Below, in pieces: positions 8,868 to 17,848 of a stretch of DNA of 64,000 nt. Location of the stretch: NCBI GenBank assembly GCA_038245295.1, contig JBBRSP010000004.1, positions 256,001-320,000 on the forward strand, written 5' to 3'. Within the stretch, counting starts at the first letter, position 1, and each line of letters begins with the position of its first letter. Source of the DNA: Candidatus Binatia bacterium. Lineage in GTDB: Bacteria > Desulfobacterota > Binatia > HRBIN30. The translations under genes were made by a program, and so were the position numbers. Under the pieces are notes generated by a model. That model did no database searches. It saw nothing but the letters and a program-made list of their open reading frames with translations, and had not been told where the DNA came from.

Positions 8868-9337
8868 CCTTGTTGGGTAGCCTTCGTCACCGGTGGAGGA
8901 ACCAGCACGCCTATGATGCTCGCGGAGCAGACCTTGGACCAGGTTTCAAAACCGTCGACGGGCGACGGTTTTCCGGGTCGGAGTGGGTCGAATAGGGGAT
9001 ATTACGGGATCGGCTGTATCTGAGTTTATTCCTGAATTTACTGAGGAAACCGTTACGTTTTCTGAGTTTTTTGCTTGTTCGCTGGAGTCGTTCGGATTGG
9101 GTTAAAATCCCGTCGGGGACACTCCTCCTCAGCCTGAGCCTACGCCTCGCCTTTGCCTTTTGACGGCTCAGGCTGAAGGCTTGGGCTCGGGCAAGAGGCT
9201 TAGGCTCAGGTTCGCTGCTCGCAGTGTTTTACCAGCCCGATGAGCATCGCGACGAGAACGTCCGCGGGCCTCAGCCGCCTCCTTCCTTGCTATGGCTCGT
9301 GGCGCGCTGATAGGCGTGTGGTCGACAGTCAGGGGCA

Positions 9338-10723
9338 ATGTTGGACATCTCGCGAGTTTGGATTCGGACTTCCCTCCGTGTCGGCGTAATTGCCGTGACA
9401 ATGGGTTTGCCGCTCCACGCCATTGCTCTGGAGTCCCGAGGCGCTTCGCGTACCTTCATCGTCAACAGCACGCTCGACGCACCGGACGCGCTGGCCGGCG
9501 ATGGTATCTGTGCCACATCGACCGGCACATGCACCCTGCGCGCCGCGATTGAAGAGGCGAACGCCGTCGCCGGCGTCGACACAATCACCGTACCGGCCGG
9601 TAGTTACGGATTGCGGCACGGCGAACTCAGTATCGCCGATGACGTCATCATCACCGGCGCCGGCCAGGGGCGAAGTATTGTCGACGGCAAGTTGCGTAGT
9701 CGTTGCATCAATGTGTCCGGCCCGGTGAATGTCACGCTCAATGGGCTGACCGTACAACGCGGTCAAACACACAGCAGTGACGAAGTCGGCGATCCGTGTG
9801 GCGCCGGGTTGGCCAGCCCCTCAGGGGCCACCCTGACGCTCAACGACGTGGCCATTGATCGTAACCAGGCCCTTGCGGGGTATAGCGACAATACGCCCGA
9901 AGCTTTGGGTGGTGGTCTCTGTACTCGAGGAACCGCGGTGCTGACGAACGTCCGCGTGACACGCAATCGCGCAACGTATGGCGGCGGCATCTACACCGCG
10001 GGTATCACGACGATCACCGACGGCAGCATCACTCGCAACCGCAGCACAGGCAACAAATTCTTCAACCCTGCGGCCGGCGGGGGTGGAATCGAGAATGATG
10101 CCCAGCTGCGCTTGAGCCGCGTCAGCATCAGGCACAATCGGGCCGACGCGAGCTTGGCCGAGGGCGGTGGGATCTACAACCTTGGCGGACAGATTGACGG
10201 GACAGACATTGAGATCTCTCACAATATGGCGGTAGGCCACTTCTTCGGATACGCCACCTACGCGCTCGGAGGCGGGCTGCAGAGCGAATACGTGGAGCCG
10301 ATCTCAACGTCGAGCATCAAACTCGCCAATGTGCGCATCGAAGCGAATCGTGCGATTGCACGCGACAGCACGGGGACGGCCAACGGTGGCGGTATCGACT
10401 CCGAAGCGGGTCATTTGACACTGGATCACTTCAGGATTGTCGGCAATCGCGTTGCCGGCGGCGCCGAGGCGACGGGTGGCGGAACCATTGCCATCGGCGG
10501 ACCGAATCTGCTGAGCGACGGATTGGTGAGCCGCAACGTCGTGCGGTCTTTTTTTCCAGAATCCTTCGCGGTATGCGGCGGTATCGACGCACGATCCAGG
10601 ATCAACTTGAGCGGCGTCATCGTCACCTTCAACCGCGCCGTCGGCTTTTTCAACTCCAACGGCGGCCTATGTGCAGAGGACCCAACCCTGGAGAACGTCG
10701 TGATCTCCAACAATTACCCTTGA
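9338..10723 (+). CDS. Secreted CSLREA-domain beta-helix (Pmp/autotransporter passenger-like) protein
   Basis: Signal peptide; TFIVNSTLD...DGICAT...CTLRAAIEEAN; repeated GGGI/GGGL...N motifs. Confidence 0.85.
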   Translation: MLDISRVWIRTSLRVGVIAVTMGLPLHAIALESRGASRTFIVNSTLDAPDALAGDGICATSTGTCTLRAAIEEANAVAGVDTITVPAGSYGLRHGELSIADDVIITGAGQGRSIVDGKLRSRCINVSGPVNVTLNGLTVQRGQTHSSDEVGDPCGAGLASPSGATLTLNDVAIDRNQALAGYSDNTPEALGGGLCTRGTAVLTNVRVTRNRATYGGGIYTAGITTITDGSITRNRSTGNKFFNPAAGGGGIENDAQLRLSRVSIRHNRADASLAEGGGIYNLGGQIDGTDIEISHNMAVGHFFGYATYALGGGLQSEYVEPISTSSIKLANVRIEANRAIARDSTGTANGGGIDSEAGHLTLDHFRIVGNRVAGGAEATGGGTIAIGGPNLLSDGLVSRNVVRSFFPESFAVCGGIDARSRINLSGVIVTFNRAVGFFNSNGGLCAEDPTLENVVISNNYP

Positions 10724-10822
10724 TCAGCCTGAGCTTACGCCTCACCTCTGCCTTTTGACGGCTCAGGCTGAAGGCTTGGGCTCGGGCAAGAGGCTTAGGC
10801 TCAGGTTCCCTGCTCGAAGTGT
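10724..10822. repeat. Third copy of the hexamer-based (GCCTNN) repeat; direct repeat of 9129-9227
   Basis: TCAGCCTGAGC.TACGCCTC.CCT.TGCCTTTTGACGGCTCAGGCTGAAGGCTTGGGCTCGGGCAAGAGGCTTAGGCTCAGGTTC.CTGCTCG.AGTGT shared with 9129-9227. A partial copy lies at about 28981-29019. Confidence 0.85.
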
Positions 10823-11044
10823 AACCCGATAGGCTGCGCGACGAATGAACGTTGTCACGTCGCTTTGCCTCATCTCCGCACAGTTGTGCGGCCAGCGCCG
10901 TTATCCAGGTCCAGGGTGTCATGAGAAAGGCCAACGCGGTGCGGTTGCCGCCGATGGCGAGGCCGACGGCGGTCAGGGTCACGAACACCGTCGGAGTCGC
11001 CGCGGTAGTTCCCGCCTTCCCGCGCTTAAGGTAAAGAGTATGTA

Positions 11045-12994
11045 ATGGGCAACCGCTTGGACTTGCGGCGAGACAGGCAGCGAGCTTGCGTGACGGTAGT
11101 CGTTTTGGCGGTGGCTGTATTCGGAATCTACGGGCGCTTCCTCGGCGCGCCACTCATCTATGACGATTATCCAGGCATCGTGAACAACGTTTCGCTGCGA
11201 CGGCTCTGGCCGCTTTTTGGCACGGCCGGGGTCGCCGGCCCGTTGCTTCCGCCCGGCGGCCAACCGACAGAGCGTCGCCCGTTCTCCAACCTTACCCTGG
11301 CGATCAACTACCATTTCGGGGGAACCGACCCTGCGGGCTATCACCTCGTCAACGTCGTCCTTCATATCCTGACAGCGACGATGCTGGCGGCCCTGATTCG
11401 TCAAACACTACGTTTGCCCTACTTCGATGGTCAGTGGAACGAGCACGGCGGACTGCTAGCGCTCGCTATCACGCTTGTCTGGGCCGTTCATCCGCTGCAC
11501 ACGGGAGCGGTCATCGTAGCGATTCAGCGCAGCGAGCTGCTGGCATCCTTCCTCTATGTCATGACCATGTGGACGGCCCTGCGTTACTGGGGAGCGACGG
11601 CGCCAGCGCCGCGCCGGCTTTGGTTCACGGTGGCCATCGGCTCGAGTCTGGCGGCAATGACATCCAAAGAGATCGCTGCCTCGCTGCCGCTGGCCGCATT
11701 GTTCTACGAACGGACTTTTCTGGCGACCTCGTGGCGCCAGGTGCGGCGTTCTTGGCCCCTGGTGATCCTCATGACGCCAGGCTGGGGTCTCATAGGTATG
11801 ATGCTGTGGGCGAACCGCGACAGTGCTCGCTCGGCCTTCGCGACCTCGCGTTATGTCCTCCCTTTTAGCACCTGGTGGGTAACGCAGACGAAAGTCCTGC
11901 TGCTCTATCTCAAACTGGCGATCTGGCCGTGGCCGCTCTCAGTCCACTACGCGCCAACTTACCTGCAAACCTTCGACGCGGCGTGGCCGTGGCTTTTGGC
12001 GTTCGCGCTCCAAACCACAGCCACGACGGCCGTGGTTTGGCGACGCCCGGCCGCCCGCTTCGTCCTCGTCGTGATGGCAATGATTCTCGCCCCATCCACA
12101 CTCGTGCCGGTTTTCCGAATGATGGTCGCTGAGCAGCGCGTCTACTTGGCCCTCGCAGGGTTGATCACGCTAGGCGTGCTCACAGGCTATCGCGCGATCT
12201 TGGCCTATGCTCCCGTTCACGGCGACAGGCTCGCCGCCGGCGCCGTGGTACTGCTTGTTCTGATTTTCGGCAGCGTGACCACGCGCCGGCTGAGCGCCTA
12301 TGAGGACCACGTTACTCTCTGGCAAGACAACGTTCGAGACCAGCCGGACGATGCCACCGCACACTATAACCTCGCCCTGGTATTGATCACCGACAAACGC
12401 ACTCCAGAAGCGATGCATTCGTTGGAAGAAACGCTACGTCTTGATCCCGAGCACCAAGGCGCCCTCAACAACATGGGCATGCTGCTTGAACAGCATGTGG
12501 GCGCCCACCCGGAGGATGTCGCCGCCGTTAATCTCCTCGGCGAAATCATGGTGAAGTTAAACCACCCGCGCGAGGCCGTCGCGCAGTTCGAACGAGCGCT
12601 CGAAATCGAACCGGCCAACGCCGTAACTCACAGCAATATGGGAACCGCCCTCGCCGTGTTGGGGCGCACGGGCGAGGCCATCGACCAATTCGACACATCG
12701 CTACAGTTGCAGCCGGACCATCTGAAGACTCACTACAACTTTGGCGTGCTCCTGCTGGGCGCCGGCCGCCCCAGCGCGGCAATCGAGCATTTTCAGTACA
12801 TCATACGACATGACCCAGACGACGCGCTGACTCGTCTCAAATGCGCCATCGCCTATGCTCTCAGCAACGATCGAGAACAAGCCCTTGCCATGGCCGAGGC
12901 GGGCTTGTCGGTGGCGCAGGCGCGGCAACAGGACGCATTGGCCAACGAGATCCGCGCCTGGCTCGTCGACCAGCGCAGTCGACCCACTGCGTGA
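11045..12994 (+). CDS. TMTC-like membrane glycosyltransferase (GT-C) with C-terminal TPRs
   Basis: YDD in the first loop, RP...LAINY, YHLVNVVLH, HPLHT, SKE, EQRVYL, LWQD, then TPR repeats. Confidence 0.85.
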   Translation: MGNRLDLRRDRQRACVTVVVLAVAVFGIYGRFLGAPLIYDDYPGIVNNVSLRRLWPLFGTAGVAGPLLPPGGQPTERRPFSNLTLAINYHFGGTDPAGYHLVNVVLHILTATMLAALIRQTLRLPYFDGQWNEHGGLLALAITLVWAVHPLHTGAVIVAIQRSELLASFLYVMTMWTALRYWGATAPAPRRLWFTVAIGSSLAAMTSKEIAASLPLAALFYERTFLATSWRQVRRSWPLVILMTPGWGLIGMMLWANRDSARSAFATSRYVLPFSTWWVTQTKVLLLYLKLAIWPWPLSVHYAPTYLQTFDAAWPWLLAFALQTTATTAVVWRRPAARFVLVVMAMILAPSTLVPVFRMMVAEQRVYLALAGLITLGVLTGYRAILAYAPVHGDRLAAGAVVLLVLIFGSVTTRRLSAYEDHVTLWQDNVRDQPDDATAHYNLALVLITDKRTPEAMHSLEETLRLDPEHQGALNNMGMLLEQHVGAHPEDVAAVNLLGEIMVKLNHPREAVAQFERALEIEPANAVTHSNMGTALAVLGRTGEAIDQFDTSLQLQPDHLKTHYNFGVLLLGAGRPSAAIEHFQYIIRHDPDDALTRLKCAIAYALSNDREQALAMAEAGLSVAQARQQDALANEIRAWLVDQRSRPTA

Positions 12995-13081
12995 TCCGCC
13001 GTCTGGCAGCCTCTCCATCAGAACAAACGCCCGATTTCGAAGTGAGCCACGGCCGGAGCCACAATTTTTACGTCTCCGTGT

Positions 13082-14776
13082 TCAAGCGCCGCTCCTGATT
13101 GCCACTCCAGCGCTGTCTCCTTTGGCGGCGATCTTGGCCGGCTCGACCTCCGGGGCCTGCCCCAACTGATGCGCGACGAAACGGTTCAGCAGCATACGTT
13201 CAAAGTAGGTTCGCGGTTGTTTGCGCGCGATGCTGCGAGCCAGCAACCAAAGGCGGAAGGGCCTCAGGAGGAACTGCAGGACATAGAAGTAGGCCATTGT
13301 GCCGACACAGAGCCAGCTGACGGACCAGCCTGGGAGATGGCGCGTCCACGAGCGCCGGAGATTGAAGTTCGTGAAGACATTCTGTGCCAACGCGCGGTCA
13401 TACTCGTCACCGTCCGTAACGATCTGGCCTTCGGCAACCAGTTGATCGTAGAGCTCGCTGCCTGGGTATGGCGCGAACGCATAACACCCCAGGTCGTGGA
13501 CGCCGCTCGCGGCAACGCGTGTGGCGAATGCCAACGACTTGAGTACGTCGAGCTTGGTCTGTCCGGGCATTCCGAAAATGAGATGACACCGCGTCACCAG
13601 TCCGAGCTTCACGGCCTCGCGCATCGACGCGAGCATCTTCTCCGGACGAACCTTCTTCTTGATACGAGCCAGCTCGGCGACCGAGCCGCTTTCGGCAGCG
13701 TAGGCAAACGAATGACAGCCGCTCCGCTTCATCCACGAGAGCACCTCGTGATCGAGAGCCTCGGAACGGGTTCCCGACGGCATGGCCCATTGGATGTCGA
13801 GCTTCTCTTCGATCAGGATCTTGGCGAAGGCGATGATCCAATCCCTACGGACCACCATCGTCAGGTCTTGAAAGTCAAAGTAGCGTGCGCCGAACGTGCG
13901 GTAGTAGTGCTTGATCTCCTCGCACACCTTGCGTGGATCGCGCGGTATCCATTTCGTACCGAACATCTGCGGGCTGGAACAGAATGTACACTGGTACGGG
14001 CAACCTCGCGACGCAACGATGGGCATGCAGCGCGCGCTAACCGGACCGTTAGCCAGTTCGTTGTCGAGATAGTTGGACAACGGAACCGAACTCCAGTCAG
14101 GCCAGGGGATTTCGTCCACTTGGAGAATACGTTGCCGCGGCATCGTCGTGCGCACGCGTCCCTGCGCGTCGCGAATCGCAATTCCGGGAACATCGTCGAG
14201 GCTCAACCCCTGGCCAAAATGTGCAGCGATGTCGGCGATGGTTTCCTCGCCTTCGCCCAGGACGCAGCAAAGCACCTCGGGGACTCGGTTCAGAAGCCGC
14301 TCGTAGTCGGCGGTCGGATGTTCCCCACCGACGACGATCGGTACACCAGGGAACTTCTCGGCGATCCGGGCGATCGTGCGGCGGCAGTAGATCCACGAGT
14401 TGGAGAACATACAACTCACGCCGATCAAATCAACATCAAGCGGAATTCGCTCCACCACTTGCTCGGCGATCAGGCCGCTGATGGAGTAGCCCTCGGGGTC
14501 GCGAGTCAGCTGTCGGGGTGCCTCGCCGAAGGCGTCGATGATACGGACCCGATGGCCGGCCTTCTTGAGGTAAGCGGTCAAGTAGGCCAAGCCGATCGGC
14601 GGCGCGTCGAACATTGAGACGTTGTGCGCGGAAACCGGTAGTATCGCCGCTGGACGAACCAGGACAATCGACAGCGGCCTCTGCGGATCGAGCTTCGGTC
14701 GCAGAAAAGTCGCTTGTGAGCGGTTCGATTTACTATCAACGGCGTTGTGCAACGGGGGCAAGTGCGACTCCTCCAA
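13082..14776 (-). CDS. B12-binding radical SAM protein
   Basis: PPIGLAYLTAYL cobalamin domain, VVGGEHPT, SRGCPYQCTFC (CxxxCxxC), AAESGS. Start uncertain. Confidence 0.9.
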   Translation of the reverse strand: MEESHLPPLHNAVDSKSNRSQATFLRPKLDPQRPLSIVLVRPAAILPVSAHNVSMFDAPPIGLAYLTAYLKKAGHRVRIIDAFGEAPRQLTRDPEGYSISGLIAEQVVERIPLDVDLIGVSCMFSNSWIYCRRTIARIAEKFPGVPIVVGGEHPTADYERLLNRVPEVLCCVLGEGEETIADIAAHFGQGLSLDDVPGIAIRDAQGRVRTTMPRQRILQVDEIPWPDWSSVPLSNYLDNELANGPVSARCMPIVASRGCPYQCTFCSSPQMFGTKWIPRDPRKVCEEIKHYYRTFGARYFDFQDLTMVVRRDWIIAFAKILIEEKLDIQWAMPSGTRSEALDHEVLSWMKRSGCHSFAYAAESGSVAELARIKKKVRPEKMLASMREAVKLGLVTRCHLIFGMPGQTKLDVLKSLAFATRVAASGVHDLGCYAFAPYPGSELYDQLVAEGQIVTDGDEYDRALAQNVFTNFNLRRSWTRHLPGWSVSWLCVGTMAYFYVLQFLLRPFRLWLLARSIARKQPRTYFERMLLNRFVAHQLGQAPEVEPAKIAAKGDSAGVAIRSGA

Positions 14777-14994
14777 GCGCGAGGCGATAAAGCGACTGAA
14801 TGACCTCCTTACGCTGGTCCCGCGAGAACTGTCAACACAAGCGGCCGGAAGTGGTCGGAAGGTGGGGGCTCACACCGAGCTGCCACGCGGCGACGCGCTC
14901 CGAACGAGCCAAACGCCGCCGGAGATGCGCCAGCAACCCGGGGCGCTGAACAGGATAGACAGGATTGGCGCGCGGAGCGCCCGACTCTGCCCTA

Positions 14995-17175
14995 CTAGTC
15001 GCAACTGCGCAGCGCGTTTCCTACGGCAAGCAAAATCTCCTCAATCGTGATCCCACCATCGCTGTTGCTGTCGCCAACGACGCAGGCATCCACGGTTGCG
15101 GTGCCGAGCGCGACGTTGACGAGGGTCAGAATCTCCTCGACGGTGACCTCGCCGTCGCCGCCGCAATCGCCGACACATGGTGGGATCAATGGCGTGGGCG
15201 ATGGGATCGCGGTGCTGGTTGCCGAAGCGACAGGCGTCGCTGTGGCTGAAGACGAAGCGCTGGGAGTCGCCGAAGCGGTCGGCGGGGTCGACCCGATCGG
15301 TGAGGCGGGCGGTGTCGCTGTTGCGAAATGGGTGGGTAGAGCTGTCTGGCTGGGGGTGGGATTCGGAGTCACGCTCGGGACGGCAACGCTCTGGGTGGGG
15401 CTCCCCGTAGGTGTTGGTGTTGGGCTCGGTGCCGGGCTCGGGGTGCATGCCCGCGGCTGGCTGGAACAACCGAGTACCGGGTCACAAACCTCACAGGGTG
15501 ACGTCGGATCGCAACGCTCTTTCGTGCAGAACTCGGAGCAGCCGTCGCAGTTGAGAGTATTGCCGTCGTCGCATTCTTCGTCCCCCTCTTTCATCCCATT
15601 GCCGCATGAGGAGCACGGGTTCGCGCAGTCCTGGCCGGGCCCCGGCTTACATCCCTCACTGAGCTCAAGCGACGGTTCGGGTAGCACGGCACCGGCGCGG
15701 ATCGAGCTTCCGGGGTCCTTCGGCATGGCGATCATGACGAAACCGCCGAAGGTTTCCGAGCCGCGGCCGAGAGCGTTGACGACGCCGTCGATGGTGATGA
15801 GATGGTTCACCGTGATGTTGATCGTGCCACCCTCGCCGGAGGCGCGCGCGTAGACTTCACCACTGCGCGGCACATTCAAAGAACAGCTGGTCAAGAAGAT
15901 GTCTCCGCCGCGGCTGGAATAACCATAGTAGCCTTGGACGATGGGCCCGCCGCCGACGTTGAGCGTGCCGGAAATGAGCAGCGACGTGCCGGCCAGGGCG
16001 TCGATCTCACCGCCGGTGCTGGCCGCTGCGATGCCACGGGCGCCGACCAGGCCGGTGATCGACATGTCGGTGCCGGCGGTAAGGTTGACCGTGCCGCCGA
16101 AGTCGCGTCCGTTGGCGACGATGCTCCCGTCGATCACGACTCGGTGGCCGGCATTGATGTCCACATCGCCGGTCGGCTTGAGCGACTCGCTGACGATGAG
16201 CGAGGCACGCTGGGTGATGGTGATGTCGCCGAGAGCTCGCAGGTCGACGTTGCCGCCGTCGCCGTCCGCCCCGCTGCCTTCCAGCGAGACGTTGCCGTCG
16301 ATGATCACATTGCCGAGGGTAGCTTCCAGATCGAGAAGTCCCCCTTCGCTATCGATGCCGTTGTTGCTCTGCATCGACACGGGGCCCAGAACGAGGATCT
16401 CTTTTGTCGCGATCATCGTGACGTAGCCACCGTGAGAGTAACTGGAGTTGCCTTTCAGGGCGCGCGTGACGATGCGAGTGCCGGCCTCGAGCTCGATTGA
16501 TCCATCACCCTCGCCACTGACGTCGAGGATATCACCGAGGTCGATGGCACCGCCGGCTTCCATCGTAATGCGACCCGAGCGGCCCTCCGAACCTCCGACG
16601 GCGAGAATTTCGCTGCCGGCACGTGTGATGAGGTCGCCCGCGGCACGGATTGTAATGTCGCCGGCATCCGCGTCGACGGCGAGGTTGCTGGCGGTGAGGC
16701 GGCCGTTGATGGCGACGTTACCGCCCGAATCGATGGTGATGCTGCCAGCGCGATCGCTGCCGGAGACGTCGATGCGCGAGCGTGAGGAAGCCGACTTTTG
16801 CAGTGTGATATCGCCGGTGGTGCGGATCGTCAGATCGCCGCCGACCTTTTCCTCATTGCTGGCTCCGTCGCCGCGTCCGGCGATGTATGCCCCGGGTTGC
16901 ATCGCAAACGAGCCGGTCACGATGGTGAGTTCCCCAGAGCCGAAGGTGAGCCGCCCGGTGCCGCTGAGGGTGAGTGGGCGGTCGCCGAAATCGAGACTGC
17001 ACTGGGGTCCGAGCGTCAGCTGTTTGCTGATCGTACAGGCGCCGGAGCTCGGGCAAAGCGCGCCTTCGCGCGCGCTGACATCGCCGGCGCTGCAAACTGT
17101 CTGCGCCGTGGCGCCGGTGGTGATCGACAAGACGATCGCTACGACCGAAAGGCAGGCCTTACGACGTTCCCCTAT
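14995..17175 (-). CDS. Large secreted adhesin-like protein: beta-solenoid, Cys-rich repeat, Pro/Thr linker, dockerin-like tail
   Basis: Signal-like RRKACLSVVAIVLSITTGATAQ; GG.I.I.A repeats; CGNG...EECDDGNTLNCDGCS; TPSPAPSPTPTPT; CVGDCGGDGEVTVEEIL...GDSNSDGGITIEEIL. Start uncertain (track gives 17367). Confidence 0.8.
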   Translation of the reverse strand: MGERRKACLSVVAIVLSITTGATAQTVCSAGDVSAREGALCPSSGACTISKQLTLGPQCSLDFGDRPLTLSGTGRLTFGSGELTIVTGSFAMQPGAYIAGRGDGASNEEKVGGDLTIRTTGDITLQKSASSRSRIDVSGSDRAGSITIDSGGNVAINGRLTASNLAVDADAGDITIRAAGDLITRAGSEILAVGGSEGRSGRITMEAGGAIDLGDILDVSGEGDGSIELEAGTRIVTRALKGNSSYSHGGYVTMIATKEILVLGPVSMQSNNGIDSEGGLLDLEATLGNVIIDGNVSLEGSGADGDGGNVDLRALGDITITQRASLIVSESLKPTGDVDINAGHRVVIDGSIVANGRDFGGTVNLTAGTDMSITGLVGARGIAAASTGGEIDALAGTSLLISGTLNVGGGPIVQGYYGYSSRGGDIFLTSCSLNVPRSGEVYARASGEGGTINITVNHLITIDGVVNALGRGSETFGGFVMIAMPKDPGSSIRAGAVLPEPSLELSEGCKPGPGQDCANPCSSCGNGMKEGDEECDDGNTLNCDGCSEFCTKERCDPTSPCEVCDPVLGCSSQPRACTPSPAPSPTPTPTGSPTQSVAVPSVTPNPTPSQTALPTHFATATPPASPIGSTPPTASATPSASSSATATPVASATSTAIPSPTPLIPPCVGDCGGDGEVTVEEILTLVNVALGTATVDACVVGDSNSDGGITIEEILLAVGNALRSCD

Positions 17176-17237
17176 GGCGCGCCCCTTCGCACAAACCGCC
17201 TGAGATCCGCAAATGGAATCGCACGTTGGTGCATAGC

Positions 17238-17780
17238 CCTGGGGTGTGGGGTTGGGTTGCGGGCGGAGCCAACGTCGTGTCCTTCGTGTCTCCCTCTTGG
17301 GGTTTTGCACGCCAATTCGAGAATGCCCTTCGAGACGACCGCTGAAAGGATGCGGCCTCCTGCCCATGAACCCTGGTTAGTCGGTTCTCGTTCTGGATTC
17401 CGGGTTCTCGGTGCTCCATGCGTTCCGACTGCTCGCACGACTCACTGGCCCAACGCATCGAGAATGGAAAATCGAGAACCCAGAACGAGAACCGGCCATC
17501 CAAACTCGATGAGCATCCGCTCATGGACTCGCCAAGCCGGCGTTCGCCGGTCGGGCTCTCAGGGCGAACGGAAATTGAGCTTGGAACTCAACCATGTAAC
17601 CGTTCGGCCTGAGGAGCCGCCTCCTGAGGAGGCATCTTCTCCTCGTGCGGTCTCGAAGGATGTTTGGCGGCGTCTCGAAGGCCTCGCATCTGAATTGTCG
17701 TGCAAAGCCGGGATGAGGCAGAAGGCACGCGGCAGGAAGGGCGGCACCCTTCTGCCTGTTGCCTGTTGCCTCTTGCCCAG
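17238..17780. repeat. Mosaic of several intergenic repeat families
   Basis: GGGGTGTGGGGTTGGGTTGCGGGC..TGTCCTTCGTG (also at about 20137-20184); CCTTCGAGACG/CGTCTCGAAGG; CAGGGCGAACGG/CCGTTCGGCCTGAG; GTTCTCG/CGAGAAC heptamers; TGCCTGT heptamers. Confidence 0.7.
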
Positions 17781-17848
17781 AGATCCCCGTCTTCGAGGTC
17801 GCGTGACCAAATGTTCTGGCCCACCCGCGTCACGCAATTTGTCGGCAG

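Larger units (their letters stand above)
7927..9210. mobile_element. tRNA-Glu-anchored genomic islet bounded by 112-bp direct repeats
   Basis: 7927-8038 (tRNA 3' end plus downstream repeat) recurs at 9099-9210 with 4 mismatches by eye. Cargo is a TA pair; no integrase. Confidence 0.8.

Noticed and set aside
9099..9122. Second tRNA gene
   Set aside because: Only the T arm and acceptor 3' strand are present; it is an att-like duplication.
7957..10822. Three near-identical repeats as a CRISPR array
   Set aside because: Units are 80-110 bp, separated by whole genes, and no cas genes are present.
10823..11040. Gene remnant between repeat R3 and the TMTC-like gene
   Set aside because: Short hydrophobic ORFs only; no family recognised.
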